A stretch of 61,803 bases of DNA, filler included, from Candidatus Woesearchaeota archaeon (GTDB lineage Archaea > Nanobdellota > Nanobdellia > Woesearchaeales > B72-G16): NCBI GenBank assembly GCA_003650545.1. It is 4 parts of 4 records of this genome, joined end to end, with 100 filler letters (N's around TTAATTAATTAA, not from the genome) between each part and the next. Parts side by side here need not be neighbours in the genome. Positions count along the whole stretch, not along the records: positions 32,953 to 47,367 come from QMQO01000032.1; positions 47,468 to 61,803 come from QMQO01000033.1; 2 more parts are not named here. One strand, given 5' to 3'. The notes under the pieces were generated by a model. That model was not told the DNA's origin, did no database searches, and saw only the letters and a list, made by a program, of their open reading frames with translations. Numbering within the stretch: position 1 is the first letter of the stretch; the number at the start of each line of letters is the position of its first letter. The position numbers and the translations under genes are program-made. This document shows, piece by piece, positions 41,700 through 51,100 of this stretch.

Positions 41700-41701
41700 A
41701 A

Positions 41702-42973
41702 CTAGGTAAGAAGTAACCCTTTAATAGTGCTTATGTATTTCCTAGTAACCTTATCCCAAGAGTAATTTTCAAGTATGAACGCTCTTCCGTTTTGAGCTAT
41801 GTTAATATACTTTAGAGGATTTTCAAGTATTGCTTTTAGTTTAGAGATCATTTCGTCTTTTGAGGATACGGCAATGCAATGAACATTAGCCTTTAAACCA
41901 GAAAAGCCTATTAGATCATCTATAGAGGAGACTACTAAGAGACCCCAAGCAAAATACTCCAGAGCCTTAATCCTTTGACTACTATGAGCAGCTTTTCCAA
42001 AGTAGGGTAATATGCCTATACCGGCCCGCTCATATAGTTCCTTTAATTTACTGTAAGGTACTACGCCAAAAACTTTTATACGTCTACGGACAATATTGTC
42101 AGGATATTTGTCTTTCATAATCTTCTGGAGATAGAGGCCTGCTTTACCGACCACCCAAAATTGTACGTCCCGATATTTTTGTTCGTTACTAAAAGCCTTA
42201 GCTATCTCCAAAAGAGTGTTTAGAGCCAAAACATTTTGTTCTCCTAATGTCGAAGAGATAAATATTATCTTTCTAAAGTCTTTTTTACCATAATCTATGG
42301 AGGAAGGATAATCTTCAGTATTAATACCATTCGGAACAAAAAGCGTAGGTCTTCCTTTACGAATATCCTTCATCAGGTAATAGCATAATTTGAAAGACGT
42401 TGTTATGATATCAGTGTATCTTACTAGGAATATTTCGTAAAGTTTAACTATATAACTTAGAGGTCTTTTGAGTAACCTATACCGCAAGGTTATATCATCA
42501 CCCACTATGATCACGTTAAAACCAAACATCCTTGAAAGTACTTTACTCAAGAAGGCGGGAAGAAATGCTCGCTCATCCATGTACTGTATTATAATTCTTT
42601 TGTTCTTAGAGAGGATACCTTTTGACTGCAGAATGTGCCTAAATAGTGTGAAAAAGACAACAAACGCTAGTAATGGCAAAGAACTTCTTTGTACACTAAG
42701 GCTTAATCGTTGAATAAGTCTTTGTATATAATTCCTCTTACTTCTCGAAATTATTTTAAATGGATCAGACTTTATGTAGTTCAACTCCTCAATGTTATGA
42801 AATTCCTTAAAAAGCAGAGGACTAATTAATCTTAGGTTAATACCATGCTTTATTAATTGTCTTATTAAATTATTAGTCCGATTAGTTAATCCTCCCGGTA
42901 AAGGGTAAGATGATAGAGTTACGAAATATAATAACGACATATTCGAGCCTAGTTTATCTCTTAAGATTGCCAT
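41702..42973 (-). CDS. Glycosyltransferase family 4
   Basis: VPNGIN, KALEYFAWG, YSWD. Confidence 0.85.
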   Translation of the reverse strand: MAILRDKLGSNMSLLYFVTLSSYPLPGGLTNRTNNLIRQLIKHGINLRLISPLLFKEFHNIEELNYIKSDPFKIISRSKRNYIQRLIQRLSLSVQRSSLPLLAFVVFFTLFRHILQSKGILSKNKRIIIQYMDERAFLPAFLSKVLSRMFGFNVIIVGDDITLRYRLLKRPLSYIVKLYEIFLVRYTDIITTSFKLCYYLMKDIRKGRPTLFVPNGINTEDYPSSIDYGKKDFRKIIFISSTLGEQNVLALNTLLEIAKAFSNEQKYRDVQFWVVGKAGLYLQKIMKDKYPDNIVRRRIKVFGVVPYSKLKELYERAGIGILPYFGKAAHSSQRIKALEYFAWGLLVVSSIDDLIGFSGLKANVHCIAVSSKDEMISKLKAILENPLKYINIAQNGRAFILENYSWDKVTRKYISTIKGLLLT

Positions 42974-44177
42974 ATAGTATTGCTACAAGGAGAGCAGTTA
43001 AATAAGATCCCAGTCTATCTATTGAAACGTTCTTTTCCACATATCCTCTTCCATTCACACCCATTTTATCACACAATTTTGGATTGTTCTTTAGGTTAAG
43101 TATGGCTTCAGCGAGTGCACGATAATCATGAGGCGCTACTACGACGCCTGATCCAGTTTCCTTTATGTATTTTGCTGGCTGTCCTTCTGCGCAACATATT
43201 ATTGGTTTTCCTACTGCTTGGTATTCGTATAGTTTTGATGATATTCCTAGGTATGGTCTTCCGAAGTCTCGTAATGGCAATAACAGGGCGTCGGCTGTGT
43301 TTAGGAGTTTTGCTACTTCTTCTCGGCTTAATATCTTGTCTATTATTTTCACGTTCTTTAGCCCTAGTTCTTTCACTTTCTTTTTTATTTCTGGTAGGAG
43401 TTCGCCTCCGCCTTGTAGGACTATTTCTATGTCTTTGTGTTTTTCTAGTAGTTTTGCGGCTTTGAGTACTTGGTCGAAGTCGTATGCTACTGAGAAGGCT
43501 CCGCTGTATAGTACTATGAATTTGTTCTTTTCTTTTAGTACTTTCATTGGTTTGAATTTGTTTGTGTCTACTCCGGCGCGTACTACGTGTACTTTGTTGG
43601 GATTAGCTCCATATCTTTTGACTATTACTGGCACATACCCTGGGCTTATTGGTGTTATTGCTTTTGCTTTGTGGTATGCTATTCTTGCCATTTGTTCTCC
43701 TATTTTGAATAGTAGGGAGTCCTTGCTGGTTAGTCCGAAGAAGTAGAGGTCTTCCGGCCATAGGTCGTCTACGTTCATGGTTACTGGTCTTCTGAATATG
43801 GTTCCATATATCATTGCGGGGAAGAAGGAGATTATGTTTGGGTTTGCTGCCCATATTACGTCTATTTTTCCTACGATGGGTATTGCGAATAGTGAGGTGA
43901 TCATAAAGGTTATGAATAGTATGAGCCGGTTTATTAGGCCTTTTGATTCGAGGGGTAAGATCAAGGTTCTGATTACCCTTATTCCATCCATGTGTTCTAT
44001 GACTAAGGGCTTCCATCTGTATTTTTGCGGTATCTTTCCGTGTGGGTAATGTGGGAAGGCTGTTATGACTGTTACTTTTACTCCGTTTAGTACTAGCCCC
44101 TTTGCTACGTTGTATGCTCTTGTTGCTCCTCCGCCCATGTCTGGTGGGAAGTACTGGGCTATTATCAGTACGTGCAT
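42954..44177 (-). CDS. Glycosyltransferase family 4 (WbuB-like)
   Basis: QYFPPDMGG, FPHYP.G, DLWPE, SKLYEY.A.GKPI. Confidence 0.92.
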   Translation of the reverse strand: MHVLIIAQYFPPDMGGGATRAYNVAKGLVLNGVKVTVITAFPHYPHGKIPQKYRWKPLVIEHMDGIRVIRTLILPLESKGLINRLILFITFMITSLFAIPIVGKIDVIWAANPNIISFFPAMIYGTIFRRPVTMNVDDLWPEDLYFFGLTSKDSLLFKIGEQMARIAYHKAKAITPISPGYVPVIVKRYGANPNKVHVVRAGVDTNKFKPMKVLKEKNKFIVLYSGAFSVAYDFDQVLKAAKLLEKHKDIEIVLQGGGELLPEIKKKVKELGLKNVKIIDKILSREEVAKLLNTADALLLPLRDFGRPYLGISSKLYEYQAVGKPIICCAEGQPAKYIKETGSGVVVAPHDYRALAEAILNLKNNPKLCDKMGVNGRGYVEKNVSIDRLGSYLTALLVAILYGNLKR

Positions 44178-45185
44178 TTAGAACCTGACGCTCTTTTCTA
44201 TGTTTTCCCAGTTTTCTTTGAACCACTGGTACACTTTTGTGAGGCCTGTTCTCATGTCGGTCTTTGGCTCATAGCCCAGTATTTTCCTTGCTTTTTCTAT
44301 TGATGCTCTTCTTCTGATTGCTCTGTCCCAGCTTCTCCTTGGTTTGAATACTACTCCTGCTCTGTTTCCTGTTATTTCATTTATCATCCTTGCGAGGTCT
44401 ATTATTCTTGTCTCGGTTCCTGACGCTAGGTTAAAGGCTTCTCCTACGGCTTCTTCGATTACTCCTAGTCTTAATGTGCCGTCTACTATGTCGCCTACGT
44501 ATGTGAAGTCTCTTGTTTCGTTTCCTGTTCCTGTTATTGGTAGTGGTTGTCCGTGTATTGCCCACCACATGAAGTTTGGTATTACGTTTCTATATCTTCC
44601 TGGTACCTCTCCTGGTCCGTATACGTTGAAGTATCTGGCTATTGCTACTGGTAGTCCGTAGTAATCGTGGAAGTAATTGCAGTATAACTCTCCTAATAAC
44701 TTATGTATTTGATAGGGTGTGTCTAGGTGTAGTGATGGGGGCATGTCTTCCTTAAATGGTAATGGGGCATCGCTTCCATATATTGAGCAACCTGAGGAGG
44801 CGTAGACTACTCTTTCTACCTTTGCTAGATGGGAGTATTGTAGTACTTTTAGTGTTCCTAGTCCGTTTACGAGCAGGTCCGTCTGTGGGTGTTCTACGCT
44901 GTTTTGGTTTGCGAAGTGTGCTGCTAGGTGGAATACTATGTGTGGTTTGAAGCTGAATGCGTGCATCATTTTCTCATCGTCCAATATGCTTCCCTTGATG
45001 AGATGTATCTTGGGGTCTTTTGGCAATAACCATTCGAAGCCTGAGGATAGGTCATCGATTATTATTATTCTCTCGGGCTCTGCCTTCAATAGTGTTCTGA
45101 CTAGGTTGCTCCCTATGAAGCCTGCTCCTCCAGTTATCAGTATTCTCTTTCCCGTATAATGCGAGAGTACTTCTTCAAACTTCAT
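44178..45185 (-). CDS. NAD-dependent NDP-sugar epimerase/dehydratase
   Basis: TGGAGFIGSN, HLAA, YQIHK, RYFNVYGP, ETRDFTY. Confidence 0.94.
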   Translation of the reverse strand: MKFEEVLSHYTGKRILITGGAGFIGSNLVRTLLKAEPERIIIIDDLSSGFEWLLPKDPKIHLIKGSILDDEKMMHAFSFKPHIVFHLAAHFANQNSVEHPQTDLLVNGLGTLKVLQYSHLAKVERVVYASSGCSIYGSDAPLPFKEDMPPSLHLDTPYQIHKLLGELYCNYFHDYYGLPVAIARYFNVYGPGEVPGRYRNVIPNFMWWAIHGQPLPITGTGNETRDFTYVGDIVDGTLRLGVIEEAVGEAFNLASGTETRIIDLARMINEITGNRAGVVFKPRRSWDRAIRRRASIEKARKILGYEPKTDMRTGLTKVYQWFKENWENIEKSVRF

Positions 45186-45195
45186 GCTATCCCCC

Positions 45196-46131
45196 TTACT
45201 TCTTTTCCTTACTCTTAAAGCCGTAGACTTCCTTGAACCATTCTATTGTTCTTGGTATACCTTCCTCTGGTTCTACTGTAATCCTGAAGCCTAAGTCTCT
45301 CTTAGCTTTGGTTGAGTCAGGTTTCTTGACTTTAGTCGTAAATGGCTCGTATTCCTTGTAGGTTACGAGGGAGTCATCTTTTCCTAGGTAGTTCAATATG
45401 AGGTCGGATATGTACTTTATATCGTATAACTTATCTCCACCTAGGTTATATATTTCGCCTGGTTTGAAGTTATCTACGATATTAGCTAGAGCGTGAACAA
45501 CATCATCTATATATTCTAATGTCCTCTTATGACCTTTATAAACTACATATGGTATGTCATGTAGAGCGCAATAGATGAACTTCGGTATAAAGCCTCTATA
45601 GGGATGGTAGTGCTCGCCAGGTCCGTATACGTTGAAGGGCCTTACTATAACGTATTCCGTTCCGAATTGCATTGCGGAGTTCTTTATCATCATTTCGCCT
45701 ACCCACTTAGTCATAGCGTAATCATTTAAGAGGTGTATATGTATTTTCTCAGGGATGTCTTCTCTCATTACTCCTTGATAGTCTCCATAAACTTCAGCAC
45801 TACTGAAGAATATCAACCTGAACTTATATTTCTCCTGCATTCTTAATATATTCTTGGTTCCTACGACGTTTGTTAGCCAGAGGTTTTCATAATAGTCTTC
45901 ACCATTCTTTCTGCCATATTCAGCAGCCGCATGATAGACGTATTCGAAGTCGGGGTGTTGTTCAAATATTCTCTCTACCTGTCTGTACTTACTGACATCA
46001 CATCTAATGGACTTTGGATCGTCTGTATGAAATAGATCGCAGAACCATACTTCGTGTCCTCTTCTTCTAAGCTCCTTAACTAGATGAGAGCCTATAAAAC
46101 CTGCTCCACCTGTTACTAATATCTTAGCCAA
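45196..46131 (-). CDS. NAD-dependent NDP-sugar epimerase/dehydratase
   Basis: TGGAGFIGSH, SSAEVYG, YAMTK, RPFNVYGP; TTG start with GGTGA RBS. Confidence 0.93.
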   Translation of the reverse strand: MAKILVTGGAGFIGSHLVKELRRRGHEVWFCDLFHTDDPKSIRCDVSKYRQVERIFEQHPDFEYVYHAAAEYGRKNGEDYYENLWLTNVVGTKNILRMQEKYKFRLIFFSSAEVYGDYQGVMREDIPEKIHIHLLNDYAMTKWVGEMMIKNSAMQFGTEYVIVRPFNVYGPGEHYHPYRGFIPKFIYCALHDIPYVVYKGHKRTLEYIDDVVHALANIVDNFKPGEIYNLGGDKLYDIKYISDLILNYLGKDDSLVTYKEYEPFTTKVKKPDSTKAKRDLGFRITVEPEEGIPRTIEWFKEVYGFKSKEKK

Positions 46132-46153
46132 CTTTTCACCGGTTCTAGTTGTT

Positions 46154-47230
46154 TTATAGAGTTCTATTAATAATGTTTACTATTCTTTGCGCGGCCTTTC
46201 CATCTCCGAAGGGATTTTTCCAGTTCCTCTCTTTGTTTATCATTTCTCTTGCTTTTTTGAGGATTGTTTGTGGTTCTGCTCCTGCTAGTGTGTTTGCTCC
46301 TACTTCTATTGTTTCTGGTCTTTCTGTGTTGTATCGTAGTGTTACGCATGGTACTTTTAGTATGCAGGCTTCTTCTTGTACTCCTCCTGAGTCTGTTAGG
46401 ATTAGTTGTGCGTTTGCTTCTAGTTTTAGGAAGCTTAGGTAGTCTAGTGGTGGTGTTAGGTGTATTTCCTTTGGTACTTCTATTTTGAATTCTTTTATTC
46501 TTTTTTGGGTTCTTGGGTGTATTGGGTATATTATCTTTGTTTCGAATTCTTTGGCGACTAGTTCTATGCCTTTGAGTATGCTTTTTAGTCTTTGTTTTCT
46601 GTCTACGTTTTCTTGTCTGTGGAGTGTTAGTAGCATATACTCATTTGGCTTTACATTAAGTCTTTCTAGGATGTTGTTATTCTTTGCTAGTTCTAGGTGT
46701 TGGTATACTGCGTCTACTATGGTGTTTCCTGTTACGTGGATTTTCTCTTCGGGTATGCCTTCGTTGAGTAGGTTTTGTTTTGCTTTTTCTGTGGGGGCGA
46801 ATAGGTAGTCTGATAGGTGGTCTGTTAGTATTCTGTTTATTTCTTCGGGCATTTCTCTGTCGAAGCTTCTTAGTCCTGCTTCTACGTGTCCTACTGGTAT
46901 GTGGATTTTTGCTGCAGCTAGTGCTCCTGCTAGTGTTGTGTTTGTGTCTCCTTGTACTAGTACTATGTCTGGCTTTTCTTTCATGAGGACTTTCTCTATT
47001 CCTATTAGCATTTTTCCTGTTTGTTCTGCGTGTGTTCCTGAGCCTACTCTTAGGTTGTACTTTGGTTGTGGTAGTTTTAGTTGTTCGAAGAATATGCGAT
47101 CCATGTTGTATGAGTAGTGCTGTCCGGTGTGTAGTATGAAGTAATCTATTGTTCTGCGTTCTAGCTCTCTTATTATTGGTGCCATTTTTATTATTTCTGG
47201 TCTTGTTCCCAGTATGATTGCTATTTTCAT
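46154..47230 (-). CDS. wecB: UDP-N-acetylglucosamine 2-epimerase (non-hydrolysing)
   Basis: GTRPEIIKMAP, HTGQH, QGDT, HVEAGLRS, MPEE.NR, TDSGGVQEEA, TERPE, FGDG. Confidence 0.97.
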   Translation of the reverse strand: MKIAIILGTRPEIIKMAPIIRELERRTIDYFILHTGQHYSYNMDRIFFEQLKLPQPKYNLRVGSGTHAEQTGKMLIGIEKVLMKEKPDIVLVQGDTNTTLAGALAAAKIHIPVGHVEAGLRSFDREMPEEINRILTDHLSDYLFAPTEKAKQNLLNEGIPEEKIHVTGNTIVDAVYQHLELAKNNNILERLNVKPNEYMLLTLHRQENVDRKQRLKSILKGIELVAKEFETKIIYPIHPRTQKRIKEFKIEVPKEIHLTPPLDYLSFLKLEANAQLILTDSGGVQEEACILKVPCVTLRYNTERPETIEVGANTLAGAEPQTILKKAREMINKERNWKNPFGDGKAAQRIVNIINRTL

Positions 47231-47245
47231 TTTGTTACGTTGGCG

Positions 47246-47365
47246 TTATTCTTCTAGTAGTATGCTCATCATGAATGATGAGAATATTATCTGTAGTCCT
47301 ATTACTATGAGTGTGAATCCTAGCATGTATTCTCCTTTTAGTGGTAGTTTTTGGTAGCCTTGTGT
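47246..47365 (-). CDS. C-terminal TM fragment, probably of a GT2 glycosyltransferase
   Basis: ...YMLGFTLIVIGLQIIFSSFMMSILLEE*; truncated by the spacer. Confidence 0.5.
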   Translation of the reverse strand, partial: TQGYQKLPLKGEYMLGFTLIVIGLQIIFSSFMMSILLEE

Positions 47366-47367
47366 TA

Positions 47368-47467
47368 NNNNNNNNNNNNNNNNNNNNNNNNNNNNNNNNN
47401 NNNNNNNNNNNTTAATTAATTAANNNNNNNNNNNNNNNNNNNNNNNNNNNNNNNNNNNNNNNNNNNN
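47368..47467. other. Artificial contig spacer
   Basis: N44-TTAATTAATTAA-N44. Confidence 0.99.
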
Positions 47468-47672
47468 ATAATATAAAAATTAAATTTATTTGATTATAAA
47501 AAATAAAAAAAAGAATATAAAAAAATTAAAAAATAAATTTATCTAAATAATAAAAATAAAAAAAAAGCAAATAAAAAAAATTAAAAATAATAAATTAAAA
47601 AAATATGATTAAAAATATGAAAATAATAAAATTTAAATTGAAAAAATAAAATGCTTGGTTAAGAGGTGAAGA

Positions 47673-48026
47673 ATGGCAAAGAAAGGTTTATCACCTATTA
47701 TATTTCTTTTTGTGGGTGTGCTTGTAATACTTGGATCTTATTATTTTATTCTGAATGGTAACAAGGCATTCTGGATATTTATGATTTCTGGCTTTGGAAT
47801 TGTTGGTTATGGTGTTTTTAAGATGTTTTTTGTTAGGGTAGCTATATCTGGTGCAAAAAAAATGCAAAAAATAGCACAGGGACAATATCCCCAACAACCT
47901 CAGTATCGACAACAGTCTCAACAATATCCGCCACAGCCGCAGGCGCCTGTATATTGCCCTTATTGCAAGAATCCAATTGCACCAGGAAGTATTAGTTGTC
48001 CCTACTGCGGAGCAAGGTTCAGATAA
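47673..48026 (+). CDS. Small 2-TM protein with Q/P-rich linker and zinc ribbon
   Basis: GAGGTGA RBS; CPYC...CPYCG. Confidence 0.85.
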   Translation: MAKKGLSPIIFLFVGVLVILGSYYFILNGNKAFWIFMISGFGIVGYGVFKMFFVRVAISGAKKMQKIAQGQYPQQPQYRQQSQQYPPQPQAPVYCPYCKNPIAPGSISCPYCGARFR

Positions 48027-48172
48027 TCAAACATGAAATCAGTAACTTGTTAGCCTGAGTGAGAAAAAATCATGTCAAGAAATAAAATCTTAGGATACAT
48101 TTTTTAAAGAGGTTGGCCTGAAAAAATCAAAGTTGTCGGCGCACAAAAATAAGAATAGGGGCTGGCGAACGT

Positions 48173-49432
48173 TTATTTAGTAGGATCACTAACTCTCCCT
48201 AAGAATAAAATATTTCCAGTGTCTTTTTGTTGAATAATAAAGATAAATGGGTGATCTGCTCGGAATACAGGAGTTATTTGCACTGATTCTCTTCCTACAA
48301 TAACAGCGGTTGCGGCAGCTATTTCAGTTCCTTCTTCGTTTACTTCAACAAATGCTTGATGTATTACGTTTTGAATTTTAAGATTTTTTGTTCCATCCAT
48401 TCCTGAGAAATCAGCAGGCGGTGCATTAAATGCAGATACCATACCCATTTTTTTCAATGTATCAACCATAAAATATTTAGTTTCAAATTTGAATTTTGGA
48501 ATGAAAATATCTACTCTTTGTTTCTTGAGAATATTTTTCCATTCTGATAATTTTTCAGGAGTAATAGACTCTTCTATTTTTTCTAAATTATTTTCTTTTG
48601 GAAGAATTATTAGCATAGATAAATCTTCACCTTCATAAGGCATTTCAAGAATCTGCACTTCATCAGTTTCAACATAATTAAATTCTGCATCTTCACCAGT
48701 TAATCTCATCATAGGAACCTTTACAGTTTGCCCAGCACTCGTTGTAAAATCTTCATCTCGAGTATCTTTTGGATCAAATTGCAAAACCCATGTTCCTTTG
48801 AAATAAATAGCATTTGTTAGAACTAAAACAGTATCTGGGTTTAGTATACCGGGTGGTATCAGGTCTTTGATTTTATCTTCAGTTTTATCTTCAACCCAAC
48901 TGTTAATAATCTGTCTTGACTTTTCAGCTTCTCTTGCATAATCTAAACGAGTAACTTTGCCTCCATAATATGTATCTATTGTGTTCTGATATTCTTCTAA
49001 TAATCGAAAATCTATTCTTGGCCATAGAGCATTTGCTGTATGAAGTTTGTATTTTTTGTCTTCTTTGTTTATCTCATTTATTATTTTTGCAAAATTTGCT
49101 CTTCTCAAGTTTGCATTTTCAGGAATATGAAGAACGGATTGCATTTCTTCTGCGGTTTTTCCTCTTGCACCTTCATAAGTCATGGTTAAGGCAACCGAGA
49201 TGCTATAAGGTGAAAAGAAAATATTCTCATCTTTAGATTCTTCTTTAAATTGTGAATAAAGATCAAAAGCAAATTGATTATTAGCATTCACAACAGTATT
49301 AACTCCTTCTAGAGTCCACCCAGTATCATCAACTTTTACTGCAGGTTCTTTTACACAGCTAGAAATGAATACGACTAAAGCAATTATAATTACAATTATT
49401 CCGCTTGTTAAAATTTTTCTGTTCATACTCAT
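48173..49432 (-). CDS. Serpin, probable lipoprotein
   Basis: NIFFSPYSI, IN.WV..KT..KI.DL, NAIYFKG.W, EVNEEGTE, F.ADHPF.F.I; signal peptide ending ISSC. Confidence 0.96.
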   Translation of the reverse strand: MSMNRKILTSGIIVIIIALVVFISSCVKEPAVKVDDTGWTLEGVNTVVNANNQFAFDLYSQFKEESKDENIFFSPYSISVALTMTYEGARGKTAEEMQSVLHIPENANLRRANFAKIINEINKEDKKYKLHTANALWPRIDFRLLEEYQNTIDTYYGGKVTRLDYAREAEKSRQIINSWVEDKTEDKIKDLIPPGILNPDTVLVLTNAIYFKGTWVLQFDPKDTRDEDFTTSAGQTVKVPMMRLTGEDAEFNYVETDEVQILEMPYEGEDLSMLIILPKENNLEKIEESITPEKLSEWKNILKKQRVDIFIPKFKFETKYFMVDTLKKMGMVSAFNAPPADFSGMDGTKNLKIQNVIHQAFVEVNEEGTEIAAATAVIVGRESVQITPVFRADHPFIFIIQQKDTGNILFLGRVSDPTK

Positions 49433-49639
49433 AAAGTATTTTGGATATATATAAATATATCGAAAGTATTGAATTAATTAGGGTGGGTCCAACCTTAAAG
49501 CGCCGTAGTTAAGTTTAACATATGCGATTTAGGCGAGCCGAACGAATGTGAGGATTGAATTTTAGTAATTGGTCTAAGCGAAAAACTTGAAAAACCTAAT
49601 ACGAATTATTTAAATATCATTCACACTTGCTCATTTATA

Positions 49640-49723
49640 ATGGATAAAATAAATAAAATAAAGCTTAATTTAGGATGTGGTCAAGTATATAAACCAAGTT
49701 ATCTTAAATATATTCCTTTATAA
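49640..49723 (+). pseudogene. Methyltransferase N-terminal remnant
   Basis: MDKINKIKLNLGCGQVYKPSYLK* matches the KLNLGCG SAM-binding start, then stops after 27 aa. Confidence 0.55.
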
Positions 49724-49732
49724 ACCACTTTC

Positions 49733-49794
49733 GAAAGATTTATATAGAAGTAATGAATATATATTCATAAAAAAAGGTTGTGAATATTAATTCA
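49733..49794 (+). promoter_or_regulatory. Archaeal BRE/TATA followed by two palindromic operator-like sites
   Basis: GAAAGA-TTTATATA (TATA 49739-49746); ATGAATATATATTCAT (49753-49768, perfect palindrome); TGAATATTAATTCA (49781-49794). Confidence 0.6.
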
Positions 49795-49844
49795 AAAATA
49801 AAATAGTTGGTCTTTATTCAAATTAAAACTAACGAGGTGAAAAA

Positions 49845-50099
49845 ATGCCTGGTGGAGATGGAACAGGACCGTTGGGACAAGGACCAAGGACTGGAGGAGC
49901 TATGGGGCGTAGAGCTGGCATGGGCCAAGGCAGAGCAAGAGGTATTGGGAGAGGTGGTGGCCTTGCCCAAGGTGGTTGGGGGCAACCAACCAAATGTAAA
50001 TGCCCTGTGTGTGGTACCGAAGTGCCAAAAAGTAGAATGTTGCCATGCAATCAAACACAATGCCCTAAATGTGGTGTTCCAATGGTTAGGGGTGACTGA
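49845..50099 (+). CDS. DUF5320-like Gly/Arg-rich protein with zinc ribbon
   Basis: MPGGDGTGP.G.GPRTG; CKCPVCG..PC...CPKCG. Confidence 0.85.
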   Translation: MPGGDGTGPLGQGPRTGGAMGRRAGMGQGRARGIGRGGGLAQGGWGQPTKCKCPVCGTEVPKSRMLPCNQTQCPKCGVPMVRGD

Positions 50100-50125
50100 T
50101 ATAAAAAATTTTTGGAGGTGGAAAA

Positions 50126-50503
50126 ATGCCTGGTGGAGATGGAACAGGACCATTAGGACTTGGGCCAAGAACTGGTCGTGGCCTAGGTTTTTGCTCAGGA
50201 TATAGTACGCCAGGATTTATGAATCCTGGATTTGGTACAGGAAGAAGATTTTTTAGAGGTTTTTTTAGAGCTCGAGGATTTAGACGTGGATTAGGAAGAG
50301 GTTTTGGCTGGAGAAGGTTTATTCCCATACAAACCAGATATTGGGAACCGACTTATGAACCAGTATATGAATCTGCTCAGCCAACAAAAGAAGACGAAAT
50401 TAGAATGTTGGAAGAAGATGCTAGGTCTATTGAAGAAGAACAAAATTCACTAAAGCAAGAATTAGAAGAAATAAAGAGAAGAATAGAAGAACTTAAAAAG
50501 TAA
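50126..50503 (+). CDS. DUF5320 family protein
   Basis: MPGGDGTGPLGLGPRTGRGLGFC; C-terminal coiled coil. Confidence 0.88.
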   Translation: MPGGDGTGPLGLGPRTGRGLGFCSGYSTPGFMNPGFGTGRRFFRGFFRARGFRRGLGRGFGWRRFIPIQTRYWEPTYEPVYESAQPTKEDEIRMLEEDARSIEEEQNSLKQELEEIKRRIEELKK

Positions 50504-50530
50504 TAAAAAAATAGAGCATTAGGTGATAGT

Positions 50531-50932
50531 ATGAAAATTGCAATAAGTTCGACAGGAAGAGATTTAGAGAGTACAGTGGACATTAGATTTGGCAGATGCC
50601 CTTTTTTTGTTATTGTTGAAATTGAAGACAACGAAATAAAGAGTACAAAATTTATAGAAAATCCAGCAGGTAAGTTAGCAGGTGGTGCTGGACCAACAGC
50701 TGCAGAAGCTGTTGCTAACGAAGGAGTTGAGAAAATCATAACAGTGAATGTTGGGCCAAGAGCGTTTGGTGTATTGCAACAATTAGGCATAGAAATTTAT
50801 CAAGGCAATGGCAAGATTAAGGATGTGGTACAGCTATTTATAGAAGGAAAACTGGTGAAAATTAGCGGGGCTACTGGACCAATGCATTTGGGGCTTGGTG
50901 CTGGTAGAAGACATGGTAGAGGCGGACCCTAA
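50531..50932 (+). CDS. NifB/NifX family Fe-Mo cluster-binding-like protein
   Basis: KIAISS, RFGRCPFF, EN, GAG, GPRAF. Confidence 0.9.
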   Translation: MKIAISSTGRDLESTVDIRFGRCPFFVIVEIEDNEIKSTKFIENPAGKLAGGAGPTAAEAVANEGVEKIITVNVGPRAFGVLQQLGIEIYQGNGKIKDVVQLFIEGKLVKISGATGPMHLGLGAGRRHGRGGP

Positions 50933-51100
50933 AAACTTTTGGCTAAGTTGTATTTAGAGGTGTTAGTTTGTAAATCTATGTGGACATTGGATAGACTCTA
51001 ATATAAAAAATAGTTTTAATTAATTATAATGAAAAAACTGATAAACACTAACAGACATTTTCAGATTGGAAAACATAAATAAGATTAAAGAATATGAATA

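Noticed and set aside
43115..47117. Leu/Val-rich plus-strand ORFs and the 207-aa alternative-frame ORF 43603-44226
   Set aside because: By-products of strong strand compositional bias in the real genes.
47468..47650. Near-pure A/T tract as a replication origin or repeat array
   Set aside because: Low-complexity sequence at a contig end, with no definable repeat unit or ORB boxes; may be poor-quality sequence.
49510..49556. attC-like half site upstream of the serpin (minus strand ...TTCGGCTCGCCTAAATCGCATATGTTAAAC)
   Set aside because: A GTTRRRY is present, but no complementary RYYYAAC arm or matching site on the other side of the gene was found.
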